Positions 30,780 through 39,390 of a stretch of DNA of 64,000 nt are shown here, piece after piece. The notes below the pieces were generated by a model. That model was not told where the DNA came from, made no database searches, and worked only from the letters and a program-made list of their open reading frames with translations. Location of the stretch: positions 2,657-66,656 of IMG/VR virus record IMGVR_UViG_3300025383_000001; one strand, 5' to 3'. The translations under genes were made by a program, and so were the position numbers. This DNA is from a virus. Within the stretch, counting starts at the first letter, position 1. Each line of letters opens with the position of its first letter.

Positions 30780-31772
30780 TTAGATTACCACCCATGATTG
30801 ACCTGGTGCAACGGTAACTGTTACACCGTTTGCTGTTGCCACTGGACCTACTGAAAACCCATTTTGTCCAGCAGCTATTGTAGCATTTGAGGTAATGTTT
30901 ACGTTGTTTAAAAGTATTGAACTATTACCAGCAGCTTGTGCGCCAGATGAAGTAGACCATGTAGGAGCTGCGGCATTACCTTGTGATGTTAATACTTGAC
31001 CAGCAGTACCATAAGAAGCATTAGCAGCCAAAGCTCCACTTGCATTAATAGTAAACGCATCAACCGCAGAGTTGTTAACAACAAAGTGAATTGAGTTAGC
31101 AGTTGCCGTACCAACAACAAGGTCGGCAGCACCAGAATACACATAAGCTACGTTGGCTGCTGAAAGTGCGCCAGCGCCAGTATATTTGCTAGAAGTAATA
31201 CCAAAGTCTGCATATGCTGTGCCAGTATCGTTTGTTACTACAAAGTCAACAGAAGCATTAGTTCCATTACTTAAGTTCTGAGCAATAATTTGTACATATG
31301 TATTAGCTGTATTTGCGTAAGAAGCAAAAATGCCAGTATCTGAATAGCTAAGAGCGCCAAGAGAAAAAGCACCAGCATTAGAACTAACTGCGGTATTTCC
31401 AACAGATACAATATTGTTTGCAGTAACCGTTTGCAGTACGGTTACGTTACCAGTAGCGTCTTGGTTTACAGACTTTTCTGCAGGGTAGGTAATAAATACG
31501 TCTTTGGTGTTTGAGCCAAAGTTAACTACAGAGTTAGCATTTGATGAGGCAAGAATAGTTGTACGGGCAAGCGCAGTATTACCTGAATAGTACGTGCCAA
31601 TACCTACTTCCCAGTTCGAACCAACTTGATCCGCAATGGTATAGTAAGTTGTATTGTTGTTGCCCACCACAGCAAAGGACTGATAGCCTGCTTGAGCGCC
31701 AAGCAAAACAACAGTGCCAGTACCAGCAGTGTTACTAGATTCCTTTACCCTATCAAACAGCACAAGAGCCAT
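30780..31772 (-). CDS. Virion structural protein (fibre base)
   Basis: DRVKE..WEVGIGTY..KDVFITYPA N-terminal module and GTAGQVLTS linker. Confidence 0.6.
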   Translation of the reverse strand: MALVLFDRVKESSNTAGTGTVVLLGAQAGYQSFAVVGNNNTTYYTIADQVGSNWEVGIGTYYSGNTALARTTILASSNANSVVNFGSNTKDVFITYPAEKSVNQDATGNVTVLQTVTANNIVSVGNTAVSSNAGAFSLGALSYSDTGIFASYANTANTYVQIIAQNLSNGTNASVDFVVTNDTGTAYADFGITSSKYTGAGALSAANVAYVYSGAADLVVGTATANSIHFVVNNSAVDAFTINASGALAANASYGTAGQVLTSQGNAAAPTWSTSSGAQAAGNSSILLNNVNITSNATIAAGQNGFSVGPVATANGVTVTVAPGQSWVVI

Positions 31773-31784
31773 GTTTGGCTCCTA

Positions 31785-32219
31785 TTAACCGATTTGGATA
31801 ATTGCAGAACCCGCAGCAGCAGTAGGGAAGATGACCGTGAAGGTCCCGTTAGTCGAAGTAACTGTACTACCGAAGCTCAATGCACAAACAGCGGTATTAG
31901 CAGTGCTGTTATAAATCAAAGCGCCCGCTGCACTAATGTTAGCGTTAGTCCAAGAAGTATTAGCAAATGACATAAACGCCACGTTACCAGTAGATGTTGG
32001 GCTTGTGCTAACTGTCAAAGTGTTACCACCGGCAGTGTAGTTAGAACCTGAACTTGTTACTTCGTTCACAGTTGTATATGCAGTTGTAGCATTGCTTAAT
32101 GTTGCTGAGCTTGTGTACAGTGCAAGTTTATAAGTCTGGGAAGAACCAGACACCAAATTTTGCTGACCGCTAAGGATTTGTACCTTGAACGAATCTGCCA
32201 TTGCTTGAGTAATTGCCAT
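31785..32219 (-). CDS. Virion structural protein
   Basis: YKLALYT..YTAGG..GALIYN..GTFTVIFP conserved phage structural pattern. Confidence 0.6.
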   Translation of the reverse strand: MAITQAMADSFKVQILSGQQNLVSGSSQTYKLALYTSSATLSNATTAYTTVNEVTSSGSNYTAGGNTLTVSTSPTSTGNVAFMSFANTSWTNANISAAGALIYNSTANTAVCALSFGSTVTSTNGTFTVIFPTAAAGSAIIQIG

Positions 32220-32228
32220 TTGTTGCTC

Positions 32229-32750
32229 CTAATAAAGATTTGATTTACGGATGTTTTCTGTTGCGGGTAGCACCCGCAAATTTGACGGAACATGCAAACC
32301 AGACACCATTTTACCTTGTAAAGGTATGATATGGTCAACATGCCACGAACTGCCTGTTACTTTTGTTAAAAGCGCCGCCAATTTGTATTCATTACCGATA
32401 CGCTCAAAGTCAATATCGGTTAGCCAAGCTGGAGTACGCTGCAGTTTAGCAAGCCGTCGAAATGTAGTACGGGCAACTTTTTGCGCTTTTCCAGAGCCTT
32501 GCTCATATTTTTGTACGGCTAGCTTTCTAGCTTGTTTTCCAGCTTCAGATTTGGCATATGTTTGTCCAACTAATTGGCCTTTTGCTGACGCTCTATAAGT
32601 TTTGGTTCTAGCATTTTTTAATGCTTTTGATACAGGATTTTGCATTTCTGCTAGGTACTGGCACTTTTTGCATACGTGTCTATGACCATGAGTGTGCTTT
32701 TTAAAAGCGCTCATGTCTTTTTCTTGAAGACATTTTTTGCACGTTCTCAT
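32229..32750 (-). CDS. HNH homing endonuclease inserted in the structural operon
   Basis: N-terminal CKKC..CKKC; WHVDHIIPLQG..GLHVPSNL..ENIRKSN. Confidence 0.88.
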   Translation of the reverse strand: MRTCKKCLQEKDMSAFKKHTHGHRHVCKKCQYLAEMQNPVSKALKNARTKTYRASAKGQLVGQTYAKSEAGKQARKLAVQKYEQGSGKAQKVARTTFRRLAKLQRTPAWLTDIDFERIGNEYKLAALLTKVTGSSWHVDHIIPLQGKMVSGLHVPSNLRVLPATENIRKSNLY

Positions 32751-33457
32751 TACGGGTTTACCCTAATTTTAGCTTGACCATCACGATAACTATCGCCACG
32801 CTCAAGGCCGGTGCCCAAACGATTCAGTTGTGCCAAGGCCTCATTATACTTGGCGTTATATCCAGCTATCAAATCAGCTTCGCCCTTCATGTAGGTATAC
32901 GCCTCAACGAGGGAACCATAAAGAAGAACAGGAGAGTAATTGTCACCAAGCCATGAGGTGCCAGCAGTAACAATAGATTCTGGATAGTAAAAATAGTGCA
33001 GCTCTGCGCCGTAACTAAGATCGGGGGTTGGTCCCAAAATGAAAGTAAGCTCATTAGGGTCATTTAGTCTAGATCCAAATAACGCATAATATCGGGGTTT
33101 ACCCGTAACGGTAGGGTTTGGATATGCTTCTCTAATGTAATTAACGTCTTTATTTAGCAGGTATAAATACTCACCCGTAACTGGATCCATAACGGCCAAA
33201 GAATAAGTGGCCAAATAATCATTAGGACAAGCCAAGTATTTATTTGTTGCTGTGCAATTACCGGTAACATTTTTTCTCAAAGACGGGATTTGAACGCTAT
33301 TATAGATGCGATCTTCCGCCTGAATAATAAAGGTATTAATCTGAGTAGTGGCATTGACGTTAGACGCCCCACCCCCAGATGTAACCTGCACAAACGTATC
33401 AGGGAATTGGTTTTCCGTGTACGTCTGAATTTGAGAAAAAAGTTCTTGGTAATTCAT
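32750..33457 (-). CDS. Tail tubular protein A / adaptor
   Basis: FIIQAEDRIY..GKPRYYA..GPTPD..LLYGSLVEAY motifs. Confidence 0.7.
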   Translation of the reverse strand: MNYQELFSQIQTYTENQFPDTFVQVTSGGGASNVNATTQINTFIIQAEDRIYNSVQIPSLRKNVTGNCTATNKYLACPNDYLATYSLAVMDPVTGEYLYLLNKDVNYIREAYPNPTVTGKPRYYALFGSRLNDPNELTFILGPTPDLSYGAELHYFYYPESIVTAGTSWLGDNYSPVLLYGSLVEAYTYMKGEADLIAGYNAKYNEALAQLNRLGTGLERGDSYRDGQAKIRVNP

Positions 33458-33732
33458 TATGCCATTGGGCCTCTAGACATAGTGCCTTTAGTAGCTGCAC
33501 CTGTACCACGAATCTTAATACCGTCGGTTTTCTCGCCTAGTTGTCCCTTGCTAATACCAGCAATAGAAATTTTAAGTTCATCCATTGGATTACCTTTTTT
33601 AACTACGCCAGACATACCGTCGGCAACAGAAGTGCCGTTTTTAGCATAGACTTCTGCGGCTTTGTTTTCTTTAGCGTGACCTAAAGGATATGGGCCTGCA
33701 GGTGTTGGTTTTACAAAACTGTTTTTAGCCAT
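33457..33732 (-). CDS. Small basic protein
   Basis: KIRGTGAATKG motif; coupled to neighbours. Confidence 0.6.
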   Translation of the reverse strand: MAKNSFVKPTPAGPYPLGHAKENKAAEVYAKNGTSVADGMSGVVKKGNPMDELKISIAGISKGQLGEKTDGIKIRGTGAATKGTMSRGPMA

Positions 33733-33734
33733 GA

Positions 33735-33920
33735 TTACCCCTGATTTTTAGCACGAGCTAAGTTGCGGCCCATAGCTTTCATAGATGCGCTAGTAACTGT
33801 AGATGCGCCCTTTTTGCCTTTGCCGGTTTGAATGCCTACAGACGAACCAGAGTCGCCAAGGTTTTTACCCTTAGTTCTACCTGTCTTTGTAACGCCGTCG
33901 GCTACTGATTTATATCCCAT
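33735..33920 (-). CDS. Small basic protein
   Basis: AGGAG RBS; Lys/Gly-rich. Confidence 0.6.
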   Translation of the reverse strand: MGYKSVADGVTKTGRTKGKNLGDSGSSVGIQTGKGKKGASTVTSASMKAMGRNLARAKNQG

Positions 33921-33929
33921 AATTTACTC

Positions 33930-34355
33930 CTAAGTTATACTTACTGTTACTGTACCTATTTGCCCTACGGCAATCAAGTCATTAGGCGTTAAACCAAAGT
34001 CATTGAGTCTTGCGCCGCCAACAGGGTTCCACCCCCATTGAAACACCCTACTACCCAAATCTATATTGCCAAACCCGTCTGGACCTTCTCCAGTAAGGTT
34101 AATCTGCAAACCACTTGTACCAGACTGAATATAACTTGTATCCGGTCTTGGTTCTCTTACTGCTTGTGGATCATCTACTGGGTATAAGCCCAACGACAAC
34201 TGTGGATGATCTGGATCCCAACAACTCTGACATACCTTAATTTTATACGGTTTTGTCTTTAAAATCTGTGTTTTTAGCTCTTTTAATTTATAGCGAAAAT
34301 TGCAGCGATCGCACTGCGAAATTGCATATTTACCAGAGGCGAACTTGTTTGGCAT
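33930..34355 (-). CDS. Conserved phage protein with two CxxC motifs
   Basis: CDRC..CQSCWDPDHPQL..DPQAVREPRP. Confidence 0.65.
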   Translation of the reverse strand: MPNKFASGKYAISQCDRCNFRYKLKELKTQILKTKPYKIKVCQSCWDPDHPQLSLGLYPVDDPQAVREPRPDTSYIQSGTSGLQINLTGEGPDGFGNIDLGSRVFQWGWNPVGGARLNDFGLTPNDLIAVGQIGTVTVSIT

Positions 34356-34358
34356 AGA

Positions 34359-35291
34359 TTAGGTACCATAGTAGAACGTATTCCGTGGCACAACTCTAAG
34401 CGATGCTTTCTCCCGATCTTCCTCTGCAGCTAATTGGAACTGCTGTTCATAGTCGGCTTTGAGCATCATAATGCGGCTTGGATCTACGTCTTCTAATTTT
34501 GTAGAAAGCTGATAAGCAAGACCAGCAACCATGCAAGGTATAAACCGGAATGGAATGTCTTGTACGTAAGCTCCAGAGCCTGTGTCTTGGATACGGCGCA
34601 TGCGATAGTACACAAATGTATACTGATTACCAGGTGCGTTTGGTGTTGGCCAGACGTTAATTGAAGGTAAGTTTTGTACAGTAATTGCTGCGCCAGCAGT
34701 ATGTGCCGTTGCGGTAGTGCCGTTTTGTCCACGAGCGCAGTTTAAAAGCTGATTGCCGTTGACGTTTGGATAGCTAATAATCTCGTTGTCTATCTGAATA
34801 AACCCAGAAGAGCCTACTTCTGCGGTAGAAGTAAGTGTAATTGTGGTATCTGTAGAGCTAACATTAGCAGCTAAAGTAGCAGTAATTGGGTTAGATTGCC
34901 CAGATTGGCGATTCACCCAAACCTGAATTGGTCGGCCTTGTGCCAATTTGTTTGGCAAGGTCATGTAGGTAGACTCAGAAATACGGCTAATATTAATGTC
35001 GATTTGGTTTAAAGTACCTGGCTGAGTACGGATAACCATGTCCATCAAATCAATAGTATCAACAGGCAAAGGATAGGTAGCTTGTCCAGTAACCATAGGA
35101 ACAACACCCTGTTCGATTGTCCAAAGATTAATTCCACGGTTAGCCCACTCAATAGTAAGAATATTTAACGAACGACGTGCGGTTCTAAAATCGTAACCAG
35201 AACGCAACTGCTTACCGCAGCGCTCAAACGCTTCTTCGATAAGATCATTAACGTCTAGATTAAACGACGAAGTACCTGTAGTTGTTGCCAT
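34359..35291 (-). CDS. Head-tail adaptor (P22 gp4-like)
   Basis: IEEAFERCG..ARRSLN..WANRGINLW..CMVAGLAY motifs. Confidence 0.65.
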   Translation of the reverse strand: MATTTGTSSFNLDVNDLIEEAFERCGKQLRSGYDFRTARRSLNILTIEWANRGINLWTIEQGVVPMVTGQATYPLPVDTIDLMDMVIRTQPGTLNQIDINISRISESTYMTLPNKLAQGRPIQVWVNRQSGQSNPITATLAANVSSTDTTITLTSTAEVGSSGFIQIDNEIISYPNVNGNQLLNCARGQNGTTATAHTAGAAITVQNLPSINVWPTPNAPGNQYTFVYYRMRRIQDTGSGAYVQDIPFRFIPCMVAGLAYQLSTKLEDVDPSRIMMLKADYEQQFQLAAEEDREKASLRVVPRNTFYYGT

Positions 35292-35515
35292 TATTTAGCC
35301 TTTTTCTTTACAATCTTTTCGGCGTTCTTTACAATTTTTTTGGCTGCTGGCTTTTTAGCTGGACGAGTTGTAGCTTTAGCAACACGTGGTTTGCGTTTTG
35401 GCTTTGGCTCTTCTACTGGGAAAGGCCACATTTTAAACTCAACCGGTGTTGGTTTAAATTCTTCTTTTGGCTTAATTCTTAGCCAGTTTAAAAAACGATT
35501 AATTAGTTCTTTCAA
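35291..35515 (-). CDS. Small Lys-rich (histone H1-like tail) protein
   Basis: WPFP followed by PAKKPAAKK; probable TTG start after GGAG. Confidence 0.45.
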   Translation of the reverse strand: MKELINRFLNWLRIKPKEEFKPTPVEFKMWPFPVEEPKPKRKPRVAKATTRPAKKPAAKKIVKNAEKIVKKKAK

Positions 35516-35639
35516 TTTCAACTCCAATCCGTAGGATAAGCAAGTCAACTACAAGGACCCAACGATCTTCATACTCGTCTACTACCTCAATACCTAGAGC
35601 TACACCATTTATAAAACATAGGTGAATAGCCCAGCTCAC
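35499..35639 (-). CDS. Small hypothetical protein (46 aa; absent from the ORF track)
   Basis: GTG start overlapping upstream TGA; MSWAIHLCFINGVALGIE..VDLLILRI. Confidence 0.45.
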   Translation of the reverse strand: MSWAIHLCFINGVALGIEVVDEYEDRWVLVVDLLILRIGVEIERTN

Positions 35640-35893
35640 TTTTTTGCGGCTCTCATGTTATCAACCAAATTAGGGTATGGTCGGCCTGCTTTTTTAGCCG
35701 CTGCTTTAGCGCTAGCTTTTTTAGCAGGGGATAGCTTTTTAGGTTTGCCCAAGCTTTTCGGTCTTGGTTTATCCCAAACGTTTCCGCCTTCTTTATACAT
35801 GGTTACATCATTCGGATTATCTTTGCGGACAATCGTCTTTTTCTTACCCATCTTAGAAGGCTCAATAGCGCCCATACCCCTAGAGTACCGCAT
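35636..35893 (-). CDS. Small basic protein
   Basis: SRGMG..YKEGG..AKKAGRPYPNLVDNM. Confidence 0.65.
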   Translation of the reverse strand: MRYSRGMGAIEPSKMGKKKTIVRKDNPNDVTMYKEGGNVWDKPRPKSLGKPKKLSPAKKASAKAAAKKAGRPYPNLVDNMRAAKK

Positions 35894-36208
35894 TTAGCAC
35901 ATTTTCCCACGGGTTTTACCCTTAGAAGCAATACCGTCAGCACGCTTAGAAGCTGAGCCTACTTTACCGCCCTTTTTGTATGTATCGCCAGCAGGGTTCA
36001 TACGAGACATAGCATCGGTCATAACATTAGACTTTGCTTTAGCCTTTTTCTTTTTAGGTTTAGGTGCTGGCTCTTCGTCTTTAACGCCACCAGCAGCAAT
36101 AGCCGCCATAGCACGAGCACGTGTATCGTCACCGATATTTTTGTTTTGACCTTGAGCTGTTTCAGTCTCAATTACATCGCCTTCGGCGTAACGTTTCATC
36201 TTTTTCAT
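35894..36208 (-). CDS. Small basic protein
   Basis: YKKGG..RADGIASKGKTRG. Confidence 0.65.
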   Translation of the reverse strand: MKKMKRYAEGDVIETETAQGQNKNIGDDTRARAMAAIAAGGVKDEEPAPKPKKKKAKAKSNVMTDAMSRMNPAGDTYKKGGKVGSASKRADGIASKGKTRGKMC

Positions 36209-36209
36209 A

Positions 36210-36731
36210 TTAACGACCCCTTCCACTTTTTTTCATGCCACCACCGCACATTTTGATAGGAGTAGCATTTTTTGTGCCCTTACCGCCTTTAGCGCCAGAT
36301 TGAATTTTTAAATTCTTGTATCCACGCTCTTCTTTACCTTTGGTGTGCGCACGCTTTTGAACTGCGGACTCACCGTGTTTTAAGAGCTTGTTAGAACCTT
36401 TTTCTACGTCTTTAGACATAGTTTTTGGCCCCATTGTTTCTTTCATGCCAACTTTTTTCATTGCAATTCCACCTTTTTTAAGTTTGGATAAATTAGTGTG
36501 TTTGCCTGGATGCTCTTGTTTATCGTGCATACCAAACGCTTTTTTAATCAACTTCTTGTCTTCTGCTAAATCGTCGTGCTTCATCATACCACCGCTCCTA
36601 AATTTTTTGCCTTTATCAGCCGCAGAAAAGTCTTTACCGACAGATTGTGGGATACCGACTTTTTTAGCAAAAGCTGCGTTATGCGCAACTGCTTCCATTA
36701 AATTGTGTTGTTTTTTAGATGTGCTAGGCAT
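36210..36731 (-). CDS. Small basic protein
   Basis: MPSTSKKQHNLM..FAKKVGIPQSVGKDF; repeated xxxGG motifs. Confidence 0.7.
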   Translation of the reverse strand: MPSTSKKQHNLMEAVAHNAAFAKKVGIPQSVGKDFSAADKGKKFRSGGMMKHDDLAEDKKLIKKAFGMHDKQEHPGKHTNLSKLKKGGIAMKKVGMKETMGPKTMSKDVEKGSNKLLKHGESAVQKRAHTKGKEERGYKNLKIQSGAKGGKGTKNATPIKMCGGGMKKSGRGR

Positions 36732-36988
36732 TATTTAAACCACTTATCAAGAACCCAAACAACTATACCACCAGCTAAACCAGCAGCTACAGTTAATACA
36801 GTGTGCAAGGTCTTTTTGCTAGCACTTTGTTCTGCAAGCATACGTTGGATATCGGCTAAGCATTTTTTAACTTCTTCCATGTCTTGAACAAGTTTATCCA
36901 TGTCGCTTTGCAAGTGCTTAATATCGTTAGCATGAGTGGCTAATTCTCTTGCCGTTACAATTTCAGGATCGTTGATTTGCAATTCCAT
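36731..36988 (-). CDS. Coiled-coil membrane protein
   Basis: Heptad helix followed by one C-terminal TM segment. Confidence 0.6.
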   Translation of the reverse strand: MELQINDPEIVTARELATHANDIKHLQSDMDKLVQDMEEVKKCLADIQRMLAEQSASKKTLHTVLTVAAGLAGGIVVWVLDKWFK

Positions 36989-37254
36989 CATTTTGATCCA
37001 CAATTCCAACGTTTTAAACTAGCCGCCTTTCTTGTTGGTCGACCCTTTTCATCTTTCATAGGGCCAGGCATGCCAGACATTCTAGCGCAAAAAGACTTCT
37101 TGCGGGGACCGCCTTGGGGTTGTGGTGCCTTTAAATGCGAGCCAGTAGCTGCATTATATTTAGCACGACCTTTGGCGGTAAGCCCAGCGCCCTTAGATGC
37201 AGGCAACTTTTCACCACGACCAATCGCAAGGGAGGGACCTTTTTTCTTAGCCAT
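36988..37254 (-). CDS. Conserved small basic phage protein
   Basis: GLTAKGRAKYN..KSFCARMSG..SLKRWNC. Confidence 0.7.
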   Translation of the reverse strand: MAKKKGPSLAIGRGEKLPASKGAGLTAKGRAKYNAATGSHLKAPQPQGGPRKKSFCARMSGMPGPMKDEKGRPTRKAASLKRWNCGSK

Positions 37255-37792
37255 AGAAAGCAGTCACAAAGTTAACTGTTGTTAAGTTTGCATAAATACC
37301 GTTTTGGCATAAAAGTCCTTCGCCAGGAATTAGCATTTCTTGGGTATTGTATGCACTAGCTACAGTATCTACTTGTGTAATCCAGCGGTTAGGGTTTGGA
37401 AAGTTTGCTGTTGGGTTTGGATAAGCAACAACATATACACAGCCAATACCACCAGAAGTATTTCCAGAGTTAGGGTCTGTAATGGTAAAGCTATTAGCGC
37501 CAGTATTAGTAATGGTGTAATTACCATCAGTAGCTGAGTTACCAGAACTAGAGCTAAACCCAATACCAATTAAAGCGCCGTTCGATAATCCGTGTGCTGT
37601 AGAACTTACAGTAACCACGTTACCAAGACGCTGATAAGTTGCGCCTACAGGAACTGTATTCGTATCAAAAATACAGATAGAACCAGCAGTACCACCAGCA
37701 CCAGCATAAGTAAGCTGCTTCAATCTAGCACGGCCTTGAGTAATATATCCAGACTGGTTTAGGTGCCCGGATTTTACATCGGTTTGCATCAT
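37247..37792 (-). CDS. Virion structural protein
   Basis: AGGAG RBS; MQTDVK N-terminus, IPGEGL..GIY C-terminus, beta-rich insert. Confidence 0.6.
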   Translation of the reverse strand: MMQTDVKSGHLNQSGYITQGRARLKQLTYAGAGGTAGSICIFDTNTVPVGATYQRLGNVVTVSSTAHGLSNGALIGIGFSSSSGNSATDGNYTITNTGANSFTITDPNSGNTSGGIGCVYVVAYPNPTANFPNPNRWITQVDTVASAYNTQEMLIPGEGLLCQNGIYANLTTVNFVTAFYG

Positions 37793-37841
37793 AATTAATC
37801 TCTCCTAAGATTTAAGTGGGGGCAAAAGCCCCCTAGATTAA

Positions 37842-38354
37842 TTAAACGTTTTGTACGCCGTTAAGTGGGTCAGCTACGTAGTAGTGGATGTTTCCAGAGA
37901 TAGCAACACCAGTAGCACCGGGAGCGCCAGCAGCAGCAGTCAATACGATCAAGTTAGTCGCATTAGCAACGTTGCTTATGGATGAACCAGCAGCAGATGA
38001 AGAAATATTGAACAATGTGCGAGTAGCTACGTTGCCGTTATTAACAAAAGCTGCAGGAACGTTTGTGCCTAAAGTTGTAGGCTGTCCAGGACCGACAGTT
38101 ACCAAAGGTGTGTAACCAATGTTAATTGCTGAGTTGCCGCCAGTAGTAGTGTTAGTAACAGAAATACCAACAATAACTGCACCTGCTGGGAGAACGATAG
38201 CTTGTGAGTTTGCTGAGCTATTTACGATATTTGCAGTAGCTGAGCTATTTGCAATGTAAAAAGGCAGATACATGCCTGCTGTGCCACAGAGAGCGGTACG
38301 AGTCTGATCGCCGCCGCCAGAACGCCAAATTGACTGGGTGGTAGAAATTGCCAT
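37842..38354 (-). CDS. Capsid decoration / head fibre-like protein
   Basis: Start reassigned to ATG 38354 (AAGGA RBS); VLPAGAVI motif; lies downstream of the capsid gene. Confidence 0.55.
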   Translation of the reverse strand: MAISTTQSIWRSGGGDQTRTALCGTAGMYLPFYIANSSATANIVNSSANSQAIVLPAGAVIVGISVTNTTTGGNSAINIGYTPLVTVGPGQPTTLGTNVPAAFVNNGNVATRTLFNISSSAAGSSISNVANATNLIVLTAAAGAPGATGVAISGNIHYYVADPLNGVQNV

Positions 38355-38444
38355 AACGAATTGTCCTTCATACAAAGATAAGCCAGTTAGTCGTGTATGC
38401 GTCTGCCGGGACAGTCTAAAAGGCCGGTTTTCCCGGTTTTCCCT

Positions 38445-38472
38445 ATATTACTACAATTTCGTTGTTGTGCAA
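38445..38472 (-). promoter_or_regulatory. Sigma70-like promoter restarting late transcription after the GNAT-HNH cassette
   Basis: Minus strand TTGCAC, 16 bp, TAATAT. Confidence 0.45.
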
Positions 38473-38578
38473 TCTTTTTTGGGTAAAATAATTTTGGGGG
38501 GTCGGATTTGCCAGGATCAGGCAGATTAGATAGCGGAATTTAACGGCCTGCCCACCAACTTTACAGGGGGCATTTTGA

Positions 38579-39067
38579 ATGAAATTCACGGTGAAGAAAG
38601 TAGACATTCGGGTTCCATCCATACAAACCACACTTGGGTTTCTTCAGCGAAAGATACTTCCGGAGGATGTACCATACGACACAACCAGGGGTCATTGGTG
38701 GATAGCATACGCAGAGGATGGGAAGCCCGTTGCTTTTGCGGGTCTGGTGCGTTCGATCAAGTGGAGCGACACCGGTTACTTTTGTAGAGCAGGTGTGCTA
38801 GATGGTTTTACTGGACATGGCATTCAAAAGCGCCTAATCAAAGTTCGTCAAGTGCAAGCTAAAAAACTTGGTTGGAATTGGTGTATCACAGATACAACAA
38901 ATAATCCTGCATCGTCAAACTCTTTAATCTCTTGCGGATTCAAGATGTATACTCCAGCAAATCCGTGGTCTTTCAAAAACGCTTGTTACTGGAAATACAA
39001 GGTGAACCCAGATGCCGTACAAAGACGTGAACGTAAGAAAAAAGAAACACAAGGAGTACAGCCGTAA
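38579..39067 (+). CDS. GNAT family acetyltransferase
   Basis: GKPVAFAG, RAGV..FTGHGIQKRL (motif A) and NPASSNSLISCGF (motif B). Confidence 0.8.
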   Translation: MKFTVKKVDIRVPSIQTTLGFLQRKILPEDVPYDTTRGHWWIAYAEDGKPVAFAGLVRSIKWSDTGYFCRAGVLDGFTGHGIQKRLIKVRQVQAKKLGWNWCITDTTNNPASSNSLISCGFKMYTPANPWSFKNACYWKYKVNPDAVQRRERKKKETQGVQP

Positions 39068-39386
39068 GCATTATGAGGCTAATTTAGAAGCCACTAAACG
39101 GCGAACTAAAGAAACAAAGGCCAAAGAAAAAGAAGAATGGTATGCATTTAAATCTACACTTAAGTGCACAAATTGTGGGTTTAGCCACATAGCGGCATTA
39201 GATTTTCACCACGAAGATCCATCTACAAAACTAGGAAACGTACACCGTTTCATATCCAACGGGCAATTTGCCAAGGCATACGAAGAAATCAAAAAGTGCA
39301 TAGTCCTATGCGCTAACTGCCACAGAATCCACCACCATAAAGAAAAAACCCCGCCTCGTGAGCGGGGTCCAAACACAGGGGTTTGA
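39012..39386 (+). CDS. HNH endonuclease
   Basis: CTNCG..LDFHH..KCIVLCANCHRIHH. Confidence 0.85.
   Translation: MPYKDVNVRKKKHKEYSRKHYEANLEATKRRTKETKAKEKEEWYAFKSTLKCTNCGFSHIAALDFHHEDPSTKLGNVHRFISNGQFAKAYEEIKKCIVLCANCHRIHHHKEKTPPRERGPNTGV
39339..39368 (-). terminator. Intrinsic terminator after the major capsid gene
   Basis: Minus strand ACCCCGC-TCACGAG-GCGGGGT-TTTTTCTTT. Confidence 0.75.
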
Positions 39387-39390
39387 GGTA

